Source: an uncultured Verrucomicrobiales bacterium
Lineage (GTDB): Bacteria > Verrucomicrobiota > Verrucomicrobiia > Limisphaerales > JAYPXF01
DNA length: 64,000 nt
Reading direction: 5' to 3'
NCBI GenBank assembly: GCA_937893495.1
Contig: CALBIE010000391.1
Span: 1,363-65,362, forward strand
Below, piece by piece: positions 48,284 to 58,266 of this stretch (its first letter is position 1; the number at the start of each line of letters is the position of its first letter). The notes under the pieces are model-generated. The model was given only the letters and a program-made list of their open reading frames with translations, was not told where the DNA came from and did not search any database. The translations under genes and the position numbers were made by a program.

Positions 48284-48504
48284 ATCCGCCTTCGCCGACA
48301 TCCGTCGCTTTCCAAACTATGGAGGTCAAGAGGCTGCGGTGGGACAAGTCGGCATTTCCTACGGGGTAAGCTGGAAAACGGTGCGGCGAAAGTTCCTTGA
48401 TTGGAAATTGGAGGAACCACGGATTTCACGGATGGGCACGGATAAGAAGGCCGTGGTCAGTCATCCTTGCGAATCCGTGGCATCCGTGGTCGATACTCCG
48501 GGCC
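48281..48504 (+). repeat. 224-bp direct repeat, copy 1 (left flank of fic)
   Basis: Aligns without gaps to 49975-50198, with about 20 mismatches by eye. Contains internal inverted motifs CCACGGATTTCACGGATG / AATCCGTGGCATCCGTGG. Confidence 0.9.
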
Positions 48505-48714
48505 AACGAGGAATTTCACGCCTGGCTCCGCGGCGACAAGACCACCCCCTCCGAAAGCTCTTCGGAAAGTTCTTCACTAGGATGTTCACTTTTGTGAGTA
48601 TTTTCAAACAGATAATCTAATAATATGCTATTTTTAAACAGTTTACAGAATTTAAACATCTCCGTTAAGGTTTTCACTGTGAAACCGAAAGAAGCCTACA
48701 AAGGCATTGCGGCG

Positions 48715-49899
48715 ATGGAGCCGATGCTCCCGGATTTGCAGTCCAGGGAACTGGCGGAGCTGAGCCAAAATGTGACCCTGGCCATCGGTGAACTCAGCGC
48801 TCACCTGCCTTCGGCCGTGGTTCGGCGGCAGGTCAGTCAACTGGTGCAGCGGATGAATTGCTACTACAGCAACCTCATCGAAGGCCACAAAACGCTCCCC
48901 CGTGATATCGAGCAGGCCGAAAGGCAGCAGTTGACCGAGGGTCCGCAGGAGGAACGCGACAAACAACTCCTGGCGGAGGCGCACATCCAAACCGAAGCCG
49001 CGATGATCAAGCGTCTTGAATCGCAGGAAGGGGTGGACGTCTTTTCCTCTGATTTCATTTGCTGGATTCACCGGACATTCTACGAACGGTTGCCCGAGTC
49101 CATGCGCGAGGCGAAGACCCTTGCGGGCGCGAGCTATCAGATCGAACCGGGGCAACTGCGGGAATTCATGGTGGACGTCGGCAGACACACGCCTCCGGAT
49201 CATTCCGTGCTCCCCCAATTTCTCGACCGGTTTCGGAAGGCCTACAGTGAGCCGTCAATCCTCGCCACCCAGCAACTCGTTGCCATTGCGGCGGCGCATC
49301 ACCGCCTTGCCTGGATTCACCCTTTCGGCGATGGCAACGGACGGGTGCTCCGCCTTCATTCCCACGCCCTGCTGCACCGTCAGAATCTGCATGGTCACGG
49401 ACTTTGCACTCTTTCCCGTGGACTCGCCCGCAACCGGCAAAGCTATTTCAACCATCTGCAGGCCGCGGACCGTGGGCGGGAGAACGACTTTGACGGCCGG
49501 GGAAATCTCAGCGCCAAACAGCTATCCGCGTTCTGCCGGTTTTTCCTCAAAACGTTGCTCGATCAGGCGCAGTTCATGAACGGCTTGCTGAACCTGGCCG
49601 ATTTTCGCACCCGGATCGAAAGACACTTTCAGTTCCAAGCCTTGGATCTGAAGCAGGATCAAGAGGCGATCAGCGCCATCGTTACCACGCTGGCCTACGA
49701 GGGTGAGATGCAGCGGGAACGCGTGAAAACCATAACCGGCAAGGGCACCACGACTGCCGCCCGGATTATCAAACTGGGCCTTGCGGAAGGCTATTTCTCC
49801 TCTCCTTCTCCGAAAGGCGTGCTTCAATTCGCCCTGCCGGAGAAAGCGTGGGAGTCCTATTTTCCCCAACTGTTTATCGATCTGGAGATAGACGAGTAA
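48715..49899 (+). CDS. Fic family protein (AMPylase-type Fic motif, N-terminal inhibitory S-x-x-x-E-G helix)
   Basis: Fic motif HPFGDGNGRVLR. Putative auto-inhibitory motif SNLIEG upstream. Met at 48715 preferred over the ORF-track start at 48625, which lies in an AT-rich leader. Confidence 0.85.
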   Translation: MEPMLPDLQSRELAELSQNVTLAIGELSAHLPSAVVRRQVSQLVQRMNCYYSNLIEGHKTLPRDIEQAERQQLTEGPQEERDKQLLAEAHIQTEAAMIKRLESQEGVDVFSSDFICWIHRTFYERLPESMREAKTLAGASYQIEPGQLREFMVDVGRHTPPDHSVLPQFLDRFRKAYSEPSILATQQLVAIAAAHHRLAWIHPFGDGNGRVLRLHSHALLHRQNLHGHGLCTLSRGLARNRQSYFNHLQAADRGRENDFDGRGNLSAKQLSAFCRFFLKTLLDQAQFMNGLLNLADFRTRIERHFQFQALDLKQDQEAISAIVTTLAYEGEMQRERVKTITGKGTTTAARIIKLGLAEGYFSSPSPKGVLQFALPEKAWESYFPQLFIDLEIDE

Positions 49900-49974
49900 T
49901 GCGACTCCTTCCCCTTCAAAGGACACCACAACGCCCGACAAGTTCCACCGCCCATGTCCTTCAACGACATCGCC

Positions 49975-50198
49975 GCCATCCGCCTTCGCCGCCATCCGTC
50001 GCTTTCCAAGCTATGGAGGTCAAGAGACTGCGGCGGGACAAGTCGGCATTTCCTACGGGGTGAGATGGAACACCGTGCGGCGAAGGTTCTTTGATTGGAA
50101 ATTGGAGGAACCACGGATTTCACGGATGGGCACAAATAAGTAGGCCGAGGTCAGTCATCCGTGTGAATCCGTGTCATCCGTGGTCGAAACTCCGGGCC
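49975..50198 (+). repeat. 224-bp direct repeat, copy 2 (right flank of fic)
   Basis: See copy 1. Confidence 0.9.
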
Positions 50199-50205
50199 GC
50201 CTTGG

Positions 50206-50330
50206 TCACTTCAGCAATCCGCGCAGGTCGGCGACGGTCTCCAGCATCAAGTCGGGGCGGACGCCGGATTGGGCGATGTGGTCTTCGCGGTGTCCAACGT
50301 ATCCGTTCGAAACAATTGCCGGATTCAAAC
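50206..50330 (-). pseudogene. possible C-terminal remnant of a HAD-type hydrolase gene
   Basis: Only the last ~40 codons of minus-strand ORF 50206..50505 look protein-like (NPAIVSNGYVGHREDHIAQSGVRPDLMLETVADLRGLLK). Upstream, the frame is Arg/Ala-rich junk overlapping a long hairpin. Confidence 0.25.
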
Positions 50331-50344
50331 ACAGCCCCCGCGCT

Positions 50345-50465
50345 GGAGCGCGACTGTGTCGGAGGCCAGCCGCAGCATGTGCGGTCGTCGAGTTGTGTCG
50401 TGCGTTCCAACGCGCTCGCCCGGAGGAGGCTGCTGCGACTGGCCTTTCAGGCACAGTCGCGCTCC
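50345..50465. other. 121-nt extended hairpin (14-bp perfect outer stem + 14-bp inner stem with one mismatch)
   Basis: GGAGCGCGACTGTG (50345-58) pairs with CACAGTCGCGCTCC (50452-65). GGCCAGCCGCAGCA (50364-77) pairs with the complement inside GCTGCTGCGACTGGCC (50429-44). It lies about 110 nt upstream of the DUF1553 gene start. Confidence 0.6.
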
Positions 50466-50575
50466 AAGGCAGTGCGTGGGTGCGCCCTTGCCCCCGGCCC
50501 GACATCTCGTATAGTTCGCGGATAACTCTGAATCGCCCGGCCTGTTGTCAGGTCTGAATACACCACACCAGTCAC

Positions 50576-53563
50576 GTGAAATCTTTCGCCGCCATCCTGA
50601 TTGTCAGTGCACAACTCGCCGTTGCAGCGCAAGTGCCGGCGGATGCCGGATCGCATTGGGCGTTTCAGCCGGTCGCCAATCCAACGGTTCCCGGGCTGCC
50701 CGATTCAGATTGGGTGCGTTCTCCCATTGATGCCTTTGTCCTGCAAAAACTACGCGGTGCGAAACTCGCTCCTTCACCCGAAGCGGATCGGCGCACTTTG
50801 ATTCGCCGGGTTTATTACACGCTGACCGGGCTGCCGCCGTCGCCCGAGGAGGTCACCCGCTTTGTCGCCGATACCGATCTACACGCCTATGAACGGTTGG
50901 TCAATGCGTTGCTTGAGTCGCCGCATTACGGCGAGCACTGGGGGCGGCATTGGCTGGACGTGGCGCGTTACGCGGACACCAAGGGCTACGTGTATGCCCG
51001 CGAGGAACGATTCTGGACGCATGCCTGGGCGTATCGGGATTGGGTCGTCAATGCACTCAATGATGATTTGCCGTACAATCGCTTCCTGCTGCTGCAACTC
51101 GCGGCGGACCAGGTCAAAGACCGGAAGAACGACGACCTCGCGGCGATGGGGTTCCTCACTTTGGGGCGGCGTTTCCTTGGAGTGCAACGCGAGATCATCG
51201 ACGACCGCATCGACGTGGTCACGCGCGGGACGATGGCCTTGACCGTGAGTTGCGCGCGTTGCCACGACCACAAATACGATCCGATTCCGACAGCCGATTA
51301 CTATTCGCTCTACGGTATCTTTGCCAGCAGCGCGGAGCGCAAGACGGCGTTGGGTGCCAAACCGGCGGGTGACGAAGCCTTTCAGACGGAACTGCGCAAA
51401 CGCCAGGAGAAGCTGACGACCACGGTCGCGACCCGTCGCCGGGAATCATCGGACCGCACCCGTCGGCGTATCGCCGAATATCTGAACGCACAGACCGAAC
51501 TGCAAAAGTATCCAGCGGATGGTTTTGACCAGGTGTTTTCGAAGGACGATTTGCTGCCGGCGTTTGTGCGGCGCTGGGAGACGTATCTGCATGAGTCGAG
51601 GCAGAAGCGTGACCCTGTTTTTGTGCTGTGGCATGCCTATGCTGCATTGCCGGAGAAATCCTTCCGGGAAGACGCGGTTGCGGTTACGCGACGACTGGCC
51701 GAAGCTGCGGAGGGAAGCATCAATCCCATCGTGGCGGCGGCATTCAAGGAATCGCCGGAATCGTTCGAGCAGGTTGTTGAGCGGTATGGAAAGTCGTTTG
51801 GCGAGATCGAAACCCGGTGGCAGTCGCTGATAAAAACAGCGAAGAATGAAAAGCAGTCCCCGCCCGAAACACTTCCCGAATCGAGCGCGGAAGCGTTGCG
51901 GCGCATATTGCACGGGCCGGGTGCGCCGTGCGAGGTTCCGGACCTACCGATTGTTCACAGCGAAACGTTTTTTGATTCGGGATCATTGACAGCACTCTGG
52001 AAACTTCAGGGCGAGGTGGATCGGTGGATCGTGAATTCGAAGATCGCCGCGCCGTTCGCGTTGACGATGGTGGACCGGCCGCAACCCGTCGCCAGCCGCG
52101 TGTTTCTGCGCGGCAATCCGCTGACGCAGGGCGAGGAGACGCCGCGGCATTTCCTGTCCCTTTTCGGCACCGAAAGTCGCAAGCCATTTCAACATGGCAG
52201 CGGGCGGATGGAGCTTGCGCGGGCGATTGTCGATCCCACCAATCCGTTGACCGCCCGCGTCGCGGTCAATCGCGTGTGGATGCATCACTTTGGCGAAGGG
52301 CTGGTGACCACGCCCAGTGATTTCGGTCTGCGCGCCGGCGCGCCTTCTCATCCGGAATTGCTGGATTGGCTCACCACCCGATTCATCGCCGAAGGCTGGA
52401 GCTTCAAGAAACTACATCGACTGATTCTACTCTCCGCAACGTTCCGCCAATCTGCGGCCGGGCCGCGGGATGAATCGGTTCGCGCACAGGCGATACAGTT
52501 CGATCCGGACAACCGCTTGCTGTGGCGGGTGAACCAGCATCGGCTGACGTTCGAGGAATTTCGCGACACGATGTTTGCTTCGGCGGGTGAGCTCGACCGG
52601 GGCGCTGGCGGGAAGCCGGCGGACATGTTCAAGCCGCCGTTTCTCAAGCGGCGCGCGCTCTACGGGCTGGTGGATCGTCAATACCTGCCGGGCACTTTGC
52701 GCGTGTTCGATTTCGCGAATCCCGATCTGCATATCCCGCAACGCAGCGAAACCACCGTGCCGCAACAGGCGTTGTTTTTCATGAACCATCCGCTGGTGCT
52801 CGAACGCGCACGCGCCCTGGCAAAGGCGGGCGGCGAATCCGCGTTGCCAAAGGAAAAAACTCGCGCCCTGTTTCAACGGGCGTTTCAGCGGGATCCGACT
52901 GACGCCGAAGTGGCTGAGTCACTGGATCTGATTCGAGCCGCCGCCGCGACGCCGACCTCCAAGCCACCCGTCACGGCGAAGGATTGGCAATACGGCTATG
53001 GGACGTTCGACGAGATGGCCGAACGTGTGACAGGATTCACCGCGCTTCCGCATTTCACCGGCGCAGCGTGGCAGGGCGGCCCGAGTTGGCCGGACGCCAA
53101 GCTGGGCTGGGTACAACTCACCGCCACAGGCGGGCATCCGGGCAACGATTTGAAACACGCCGCAGTTCGCCGCTGGACTGCACCTCGCAAGATGGCGATC
53201 GAGATTCAATCGCGACTGGTTCACGAACCGAAGGCCGGTGATGGCATCCGGGCGTTCATCGTGAGTTCACGCACCGGAAAACTGAAGGCCGAGACGATTC
53301 ATCAGAAGACGGTCACGATGAACGTATTGTCGCTTGAAGTGGAAAAGGGCGAGACGATCGATTTCGTGGTGGACATCGGCAAGGTGCTGAACAGCGATCA
53401 GTACCTGTGGAGCGCAAAGGTGTTGGAAGCGGCGAAGCGGGAAGGCCGTCTGGCGTGGAATTCGCAGGACGATTTTCCGAAGAACGAGATCAATCGGCTG
53501 ACCGGCTGGGAACAACTCGCCCAGGCGCTGCTGTGCTCGAACGAGTTTTTGTTTGTGGATTGA
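50576..53563 (+). CDS. DUF1549/DUF1553 family protein (no cytochrome-like domain)
   Basis: 995-aa ORF with a GTG start and signal peptide (KSFAAILIVSAQLAVAAQ). RRVYYTLTGLPPSPEEV, CARCHDHKYDPI, ARVAVNRVWMHHFGEGLVTTPSDFG..G..PSHPELLDWL. Confidence 0.9.
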   Translation: MKSFAAILIVSAQLAVAAQVPADAGSHWAFQPVANPTVPGLPDSDWVRSPIDAFVLQKLRGAKLAPSPEADRRTLIRRVYYTLTGLPPSPEEVTRFVADTDLHAYERLVNALLESPHYGEHWGRHWLDVARYADTKGYVYAREERFWTHAWAYRDWVVNALNDDLPYNRFLLLQLAADQVKDRKNDDLAAMGFLTLGRRFLGVQREIIDDRIDVVTRGTMALTVSCARCHDHKYDPIPTADYYSLYGIFASSAERKTALGAKPAGDEAFQTELRKRQEKLTTTVATRRRESSDRTRRRIAEYLNAQTELQKYPADGFDQVFSKDDLLPAFVRRWETYLHESRQKRDPVFVLWHAYAALPEKSFREDAVAVTRRLAEAAEGSINPIVAAAFKESPESFEQVVERYGKSFGEIETRWQSLIKTAKNEKQSPPETLPESSAEALRRILHGPGAPCEVPDLPIVHSETFFDSGSLTALWKLQGEVDRWIVNSKIAAPFALTMVDRPQPVASRVFLRGNPLTQGEETPRHFLSLFGTESRKPFQHGSGRMELARAIVDPTNPLTARVAVNRVWMHHFGEGLVTTPSDFGLRAGAPSHPELLDWLTTRFIAEGWSFKKLHRLILLSATFRQSAAGPRDESVRAQAIQFDPDNRLLWRVNQHRLTFEEFRDTMFASAGELDRGAGGKPADMFKPPFLKRRALYGLVDRQYLPGTLRVFDFANPDLHIPQRSETTVPQQALFFMNHPLVLERARALAKAGGESALPKEKTRALFQRAFQRDPTDAEVAESLDLIRAAAATPTSKPPVTAKDWQYGYGTFDEMAERVTGFTALPHFTGAAWQGGPSWPDAKLGWVQLTATGGHPGNDLKHAAVRRWTAPRKMAIEIQSRLVHEPKAGDGIRAFIVSSRTGKLKAETIHQKTVTMNVLSLEVEKGETIDFVVDIGKVLNSDQYLWSAKVLEAAKREGRLAWNSQDDFPKNEINRLTGWEQLAQALLCSNEFLFVD

Positions 53564-53673
53564 GATGATGATGGCGCAAACGAAATTCCGCCAGGTCTTG
53601 GAGTGCCCCGACACGGGGATGTCGGGGTTTTCGGGTGTGGTTGATGGGTTCAAATCGAAGCCCGAACCAAACA

Positions 53674-53821
53674 GGGGAGCGCGCCCGCCTCGGGCGCTGT
53701 TTTCCGCGCCCTCGCGGAAAACCCGGTCGCACCGAAATGATTTGAAAGTTTTTGTCAGTATCGCGCGCAAGATGCTGGCCGCGAGGCGCGGCCAGCCACA
53801 CCCGAGGCGGGTGTGCTCCCC
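53674..53821 (+). mobile_element. four-hairpin MITE-like element, copy D (diverged stems, same architecture and termini)
   Basis: GGGGAGCGCGCCCGcctCGGGCGC .. TTTTCCGCGccctCGCGGAAAA .. CTGGCCGCGaggCGCGGCCAG .. ACACCCGaggCGGGTGTGCTCCCC. Confidence 0.7.
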
Positions 53822-54031
53822 AGGTCCGAAGTTCGGTCTCAAACGTCTGGAGATGTCGGAGCGTAAGCGCGGGCCACGGACGTCCGTGAGGCGCTGGGTT
53901 TTCCCTTTCGAACGACTTGGACAGTTGGATGCCACAAGGAAAGCGGCGCAGCAGCGCACGCACTCCGAGACGCTCGCGCGTTTTCCGATGCACCCGGTTC
54001 AGATTGAGTGCGCGAAACTGATTGATTAACA

Positions 54032-55468
54032 ATGAAGCCAAATCATCTCAATGAACTCTGGCAACTGCCCCTCACCCGCAGGGATGTCCTTCGCCGCTCC
54101 GCGCTCGGGATTGGTTCGCTCGGGCTGTTCGGTGCGTTGGGAGATGATCAACGACTTTCCGCCGCGAGTACGTCCAAACCGGGACCGTTGACCCCGCATG
54201 GCACGCACTTCCCGGGCCGGGCAAAACGTGTCATTCATTTCTTCCTCAACGGCGGACCGTCACATGTCGATACCTTCGATCCAAAGCCGGCCCTCGCAAA
54301 ACATGCCGGCAAGACGCTGAGCAATACGTTGACCACCGAACGCAAGACCGGCGCGGCGTTTCCGTCGCCGTTTGAATTTCGGCCGTATGGACAGAGCGGA
54401 ATCGAGGTCAGTGATTGTTTTCCACTCACCGCCCAACACATCGACGACATTGCGGTGATTCGTTCGATGTATGCTCAAGTGCCCAATCACGAACCGTCCC
54501 TCATGCTGATGAACTGCGGCGATTCCGTGCAGGCGCGACCGAGCGTCGGCGCGTGGCTGCTGTATGGACTGGGCACGGAGAATCAGAATCTTCCCGGCTT
54601 CATCGCCATGTGTCCCGGTGGCCTGCCGATCAAGGACAACGAAAACTGGCAGTCGGCGTTTCTGCCCGGCGCGTTTCAGGGAACCTACGTCGATTCGAAA
54701 CATCAGGAATTCAGCAAACTGATCGAGAACATCGAGCATCCGCAGATTTCGCGCACGGATCAGCGACGCCAGTTGGATCTGATTGCCCGCTGGAACGCCC
54801 GACATCGCGCCGTCCGGCTGGATGACCGCCTCGACGCCCGCATCCAATCGTATGAACTGGCCTTCCGCATGCAGCACGAGGCGACGGATGCCTTTGATAT
54901 CTCGCGCGAACCGAAGCTGGTCCGCGAGTTGTATGGCAATGGTGTTCATGGCCGGCAGACGCTCATCGCGCGGCGCCTGCTCGAACGCGGCGTGCGTTAT
55001 GTGCAGTTGTGGCATGGCGCGGGTCAGCCATGGGACAACCACGACAAGATTGCGGAGAACCATGGCCGTTTGGCGAAGGAACTCGATCAACCCATCGCCG
55101 CATTATTGGCTGACTTGAAGCAACGCGGAATGTTGGACGACACATTGGTGATTTGGGGCGGCGAGTTTGGCCGGACACCGACGGTCGAATTATCCGGTGC
55201 AGGCACGTCAAAACTCGGGCGGGATCACAATCATTACGGTTTCACTGTGTGGATGGCCGGCGGCGGCATCAAGGGCGGCACGGTTCACGGCGCGACGGAC
55301 GAATTCGGCTTCAAGGCCGCGGTGGATCCCACGAGTGTGCATGACCTGCACGCGACGATTCTCCACACGCTTGGACTGAATCACGAGCGACTCACTTACC
55401 GATACGCCGGCCGCGACTTCCGCCTGACGGATGTCCACGGGCATGTGCTGCACGACATTCTGGCGTAG
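54032..55468 (+). CDS. DUF1501 family (sulfatase-fold) protein with Tat-type signal
   Basis: 478-aa ORF. TRRDVLRRSALGIGSLGLFGAL, NGGPSHVDTFDPKP, GEFGRTP, GRDHN. Paralogue of 6698..8134. Confidence 0.9.
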   Translation: MKPNHLNELWQLPLTRRDVLRRSALGIGSLGLFGALGDDQRLSAASTSKPGPLTPHGTHFPGRAKRVIHFFLNGGPSHVDTFDPKPALAKHAGKTLSNTLTTERKTGAAFPSPFEFRPYGQSGIEVSDCFPLTAQHIDDIAVIRSMYAQVPNHEPSLMLMNCGDSVQARPSVGAWLLYGLGTENQNLPGFIAMCPGGLPIKDNENWQSAFLPGAFQGTYVDSKHQEFSKLIENIEHPQISRTDQRRQLDLIARWNARHRAVRLDDRLDARIQSYELAFRMQHEATDAFDISREPKLVRELYGNGVHGRQTLIARRLLERGVRYVQLWHGAGQPWDNHDKIAENHGRLAKELDQPIAALLADLKQRGMLDDTLVIWGGEFGRTPTVELSGAGTSKLGRDHNHYGFTVWMAGGGIKGGTVHGATDEFGFKAAVDPTSVHDLHATILHTLGLNHERLTYRYAGRDFRLTDVHGHVLHDILA

Positions 55469-55493
55469 GCAAGCGGTTCCCGTTCTTCAAATT

Positions 55494-55649
55494 GGGGAGC
55501 ACAGCCGGCCCGGCTGTCCATTCCGGCGGCTCGCCGGAATGATTGGTGCGCAAAATTCTCACGTTATCACTCGAAAGGGTTCCGCCGCACAAACGTGCGA
55601 CGTTTTCGGCGCGACGTCGAAAACAACCCACGAGACGCGGGCGCTCCCC
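55494..55649 (+). mobile_element. four-hairpin MITE-like element, copy C
   Basis: GGGGAGCACAGCCGGccCGGCTGT cc ATTCCGGCGgctCGCCGGAAT ... GTTTTCGgcgcgacgtCGAAAAC ... GCGCTCCCC. The right half is more degenerate than in copies A and B. Confidence 0.7.
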
Positions 55650-55727
55650 CGACTTGATGAACACCGCTCGTCTTTGGAACTCGAAGATCGGGATTGGCAC
55701 GTCGCAGAATCGCTGCATCATTCGGAC

Positions 55728-58265
55728 ATGCGACGACGAATGATTCTTTCCGCTTTGATTGCCTCGGTGCTTGGCCTGCTGTGCCTTGATTCTGCCGCGC
55801 AAACCACCAGGGCGAAGAAAAACAAAAGAAAGAAGGACAAGTCCGGGATCATCAATCCCGGGCGAATCGCGCCCGGCGGAGTCATCGCGCCAGTAGCGTC
55901 GCTGAATGGCTCCGGGCACGAGGATTTCTCCGCCATGTGCCTGGGTGCCGATGGCCAGCCGGTCGTTGCATACGTTCATTTCGACGGCAAGGCCGACTCG
56001 TTGAAGGTGGCTCATCTGATGAACGGCGCATTTGCCGAACTTGAAACGCTTTCCGAGGCCGGCAACATCTATCAACCAAACCTTGCCCGCGACGGGAAAA
56101 ACCAAATCTGGTGCGTCTGGTCTGAACTCGTTGCCGGGCGTTGGAATCTCATCGCGCAACGAATCAAGTCCGGCAAACGCGTCGTCGTTGCGGCCGGCTC
56201 CGGCAACAACGTCTTCGCGGATGCGAAGACGGATCGCAAAGGCCGCGTGTGGGTGGCCTGGCAGCGGTTTCACAACGGCTTCAGCGACATCGTCGCCCGC
56301 CATTACGATCCGAAGAACGATCGGTGGTCGAAGGAAATCGCAGTCGCAAACGACAAGGCCGGTGAATGGGAACCGCGGCTTGCGTTCGGCGCGCGCGATG
56401 AGGCGCTCATCGTTTTCGACAGTTATCGCCGCAGCGACTACGACGTGTATCTCGCGCGCGTGCCGCCGGCCGGCAAGGTGAGTGTTTCGCCCATTGCCGC
56501 GACTTCGCGTTATGAGGCTCGCGCCGATGCGGAGACCTCACCCGATGGAAAAACTCTGTGGGTCGCTTACGAGGATGGCACCGAACGGTGGGGCAAAGAC
56601 CTTGGTTCCGAATGGCGCAAGAGCGGCGGTGGATTGAACTACGATCGGCGAATCAAGGTGGTGCGCGTTAATCTGGATACTGATGCCATCGAAAAGGTTT
56701 CCGACATTACTCCGCTGATTCCCGACGTGGTGAGCCAGCGGCAGGGTCCGGGTTCCGGGGCCGTTAATCTGCCGGAGATTGCCGTGGATGGTGAAGGCCG
56801 TCCGTGGGTGTTTTTCCGCTATTGCCAGGAACGCGGCAGCGGCTTCTGGCAGATTGCTGCGACGCGATTCGACGGAAAGGAATGGGCGAAGGCGCGCACA
56901 CTGGCTGACAGCGAGTTTTGTCAGGACCGACGGACGTCGGTGGCGCTCAACAAGGCCGGGCAGCTCTTCGCCGCGTGGCCGAGTGATCAGCGTCGGAACA
57001 AGCAGCAGGGCAACACCGGCGTTTATCTCGCACGCATCGACACCGCGGAGAAGCTCGCATCGGCCGGCGCGGTGCCGTGGGACATCGCGGGCATTCCGGA
57101 ATCACCGTTGAAGGCACCCAACGACACGCCCGAAAGGAATCGCAACGAGCATCACGAATGGAAGATCAACGGCGAGACCTACACACTGTTCTGGGGCGAT
57201 GTGCATCGCCACACGGATTTTTCGAACTGCCGCACCACGGATGACGGCTGTATCGTGGAACATTTCCGTTACGCCATCGACTCCGGCGGGCTCGATTACC
57301 TTGCCACGTCCGATCACACGGAAGTCGGCAAGACGCTTTCGCCCTACGAATGGTGGCAGTCGCAGAAGTTGGCGGACATTTTTCAGAACCCCGGGTTCTT
57401 CCTTTCGCTCTACGCCTACGAGCGGGAGCAGAAGTGGCCTTACGGGCATCGCAACATCGTCTTTCCCGAACGCGGCGGGCCGGTCATCTACATCAAGCGC
57501 GGCAACTACGAGAAATCACCATGGGCCACACCGTTGCCGAATCAAGACGGGGTGCGTGATGGTGAGATCCCGCCGTGGCAGCTTTGGGAACTCCTCCGCA
57601 CGCATGGGAAGCGGGCGGTGACCATCGAACACACTTCGGCCGGCGGCATGGGCACAGACTGGACGGTCTATGACAAGATTGATCACAAGTTCGAAAACAT
57701 CATCGAGCTGTTTCAGGGCTCCCGCGAAAGCTACGAGGGCGTCGGTGCCCCGCAGCCGCGTGTCGTCACAACAACCGGCAAGAGCCAGTTCGGCAAGTTC
57801 AACGCCGGGGTCTGGCAGAACGCACTGCGCCTCGGCCATCGCCTCGGCGCTTACGCCAGCTCGGACCATCGGTCTGTCCACATCTCGTATGGCGGGGTGT
57901 ATGTGAAGAAATTCAGCCGGCACGGCATCCTCGACGCGATGGACAATCGCCTGACCGTCGCCGCGACGGACAAGATTTTCATGGAATTCTCCTGCAACGG
58001 CCAGCCGCTCGGCAGCGTGATGAGCAGCAAGACGAATCCAAAGTTGTCGTGGCTGGTTGAGGGCACGGCACCGATTGAACGCATCACGCTCATCCGCAAC
58101 GAGAAGGACTACAAGGTCTTCGAGCCGAACAGCAAGACCGCCGCGCAGACCTGGGTGGACGAGAATCCGTTGAAGGGCGAGAATCGTTACTACCTCCGCA
58201 TCGAACAGGTGGACGGAAACATGGGCTGGACCTCGCCGGTGTGGGTGGATTTCACGGGCGAGTAA
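55728..58265 (+). CDS. secreted protein with N-terminal repeat (propeller-like) region and PHP/DUF3604-like metal-dependent hydrolase domain (tentative)
   Basis: Met at 55728 (MRRRMILSALIASVLGLLCLDSAAQ) chosen, because the ORF-track start at 55431 reads through MITE copy C. The motif WGDVHRHTDFSNC...DYLATSDHTE resembles the His-rich metal site of PHP/CehA-type hydrolases. Confidence 0.8.
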   Translation: MRRRMILSALIASVLGLLCLDSAAQTTRAKKNKRKKDKSGIINPGRIAPGGVIAPVASLNGSGHEDFSAMCLGADGQPVVAYVHFDGKADSLKVAHLMNGAFAELETLSEAGNIYQPNLARDGKNQIWCVWSELVAGRWNLIAQRIKSGKRVVVAAGSGNNVFADAKTDRKGRVWVAWQRFHNGFSDIVARHYDPKNDRWSKEIAVANDKAGEWEPRLAFGARDEALIVFDSYRRSDYDVYLARVPPAGKVSVSPIAATSRYEARADAETSPDGKTLWVAYEDGTERWGKDLGSEWRKSGGGLNYDRRIKVVRVNLDTDAIEKVSDITPLIPDVVSQRQGPGSGAVNLPEIAVDGEGRPWVFFRYCQERGSGFWQIAATRFDGKEWAKARTLADSEFCQDRRTSVALNKAGQLFAAWPSDQRRNKQQGNTGVYLARIDTAEKLASAGAVPWDIAGIPESPLKAPNDTPERNRNEHHEWKINGETYTLFWGDVHRHTDFSNCRTTDDGCIVEHFRYAIDSGGLDYLATSDHTEVGKTLSPYEWWQSQKLADIFQNPGFFLSLYAYEREQKWPYGHRNIVFPERGGPVIYIKRGNYEKSPWATPLPNQDGVRDGEIPPWQLWELLRTHGKRAVTIEHTSAGGMGTDWTVYDKIDHKFENIIELFQGSRESYEGVGAPQPRVVTTTGKSQFGKFNAGVWQNALRLGHRLGAYASSDHRSVHISYGGVYVKKFSRHGILDAMDNRLTVAATDKIFMEFSCNGQPLGSVMSSKTNPKLSWLVEGTAPIERITLIRNEKDYKVFEPNSKTAAQTWVDENPLKGENRYYLRIEQVDGNMGWTSPVWVDFTGE

Positions 58266-58266
58266 A

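Noticed and set aside
48216-48620. 134-aa + ORF covering direct-repeat copy 1, with its counterpart at 50091..50525 over copy 2.
   Set aside because: The frames are not conserved between the two repeat copies, since mismatches and stops differ. The translated strings (HGFHGWARI, PWHPWS) look like repeat-derived artefacts.
53553-54029. 158-aa + ORF and 230/183-aa minus ORFs in the DUF1553/DUF1501 spacer.
   Set aside because: They read through MITE copy D and have low-complexity Arg/Pro-rich translations.
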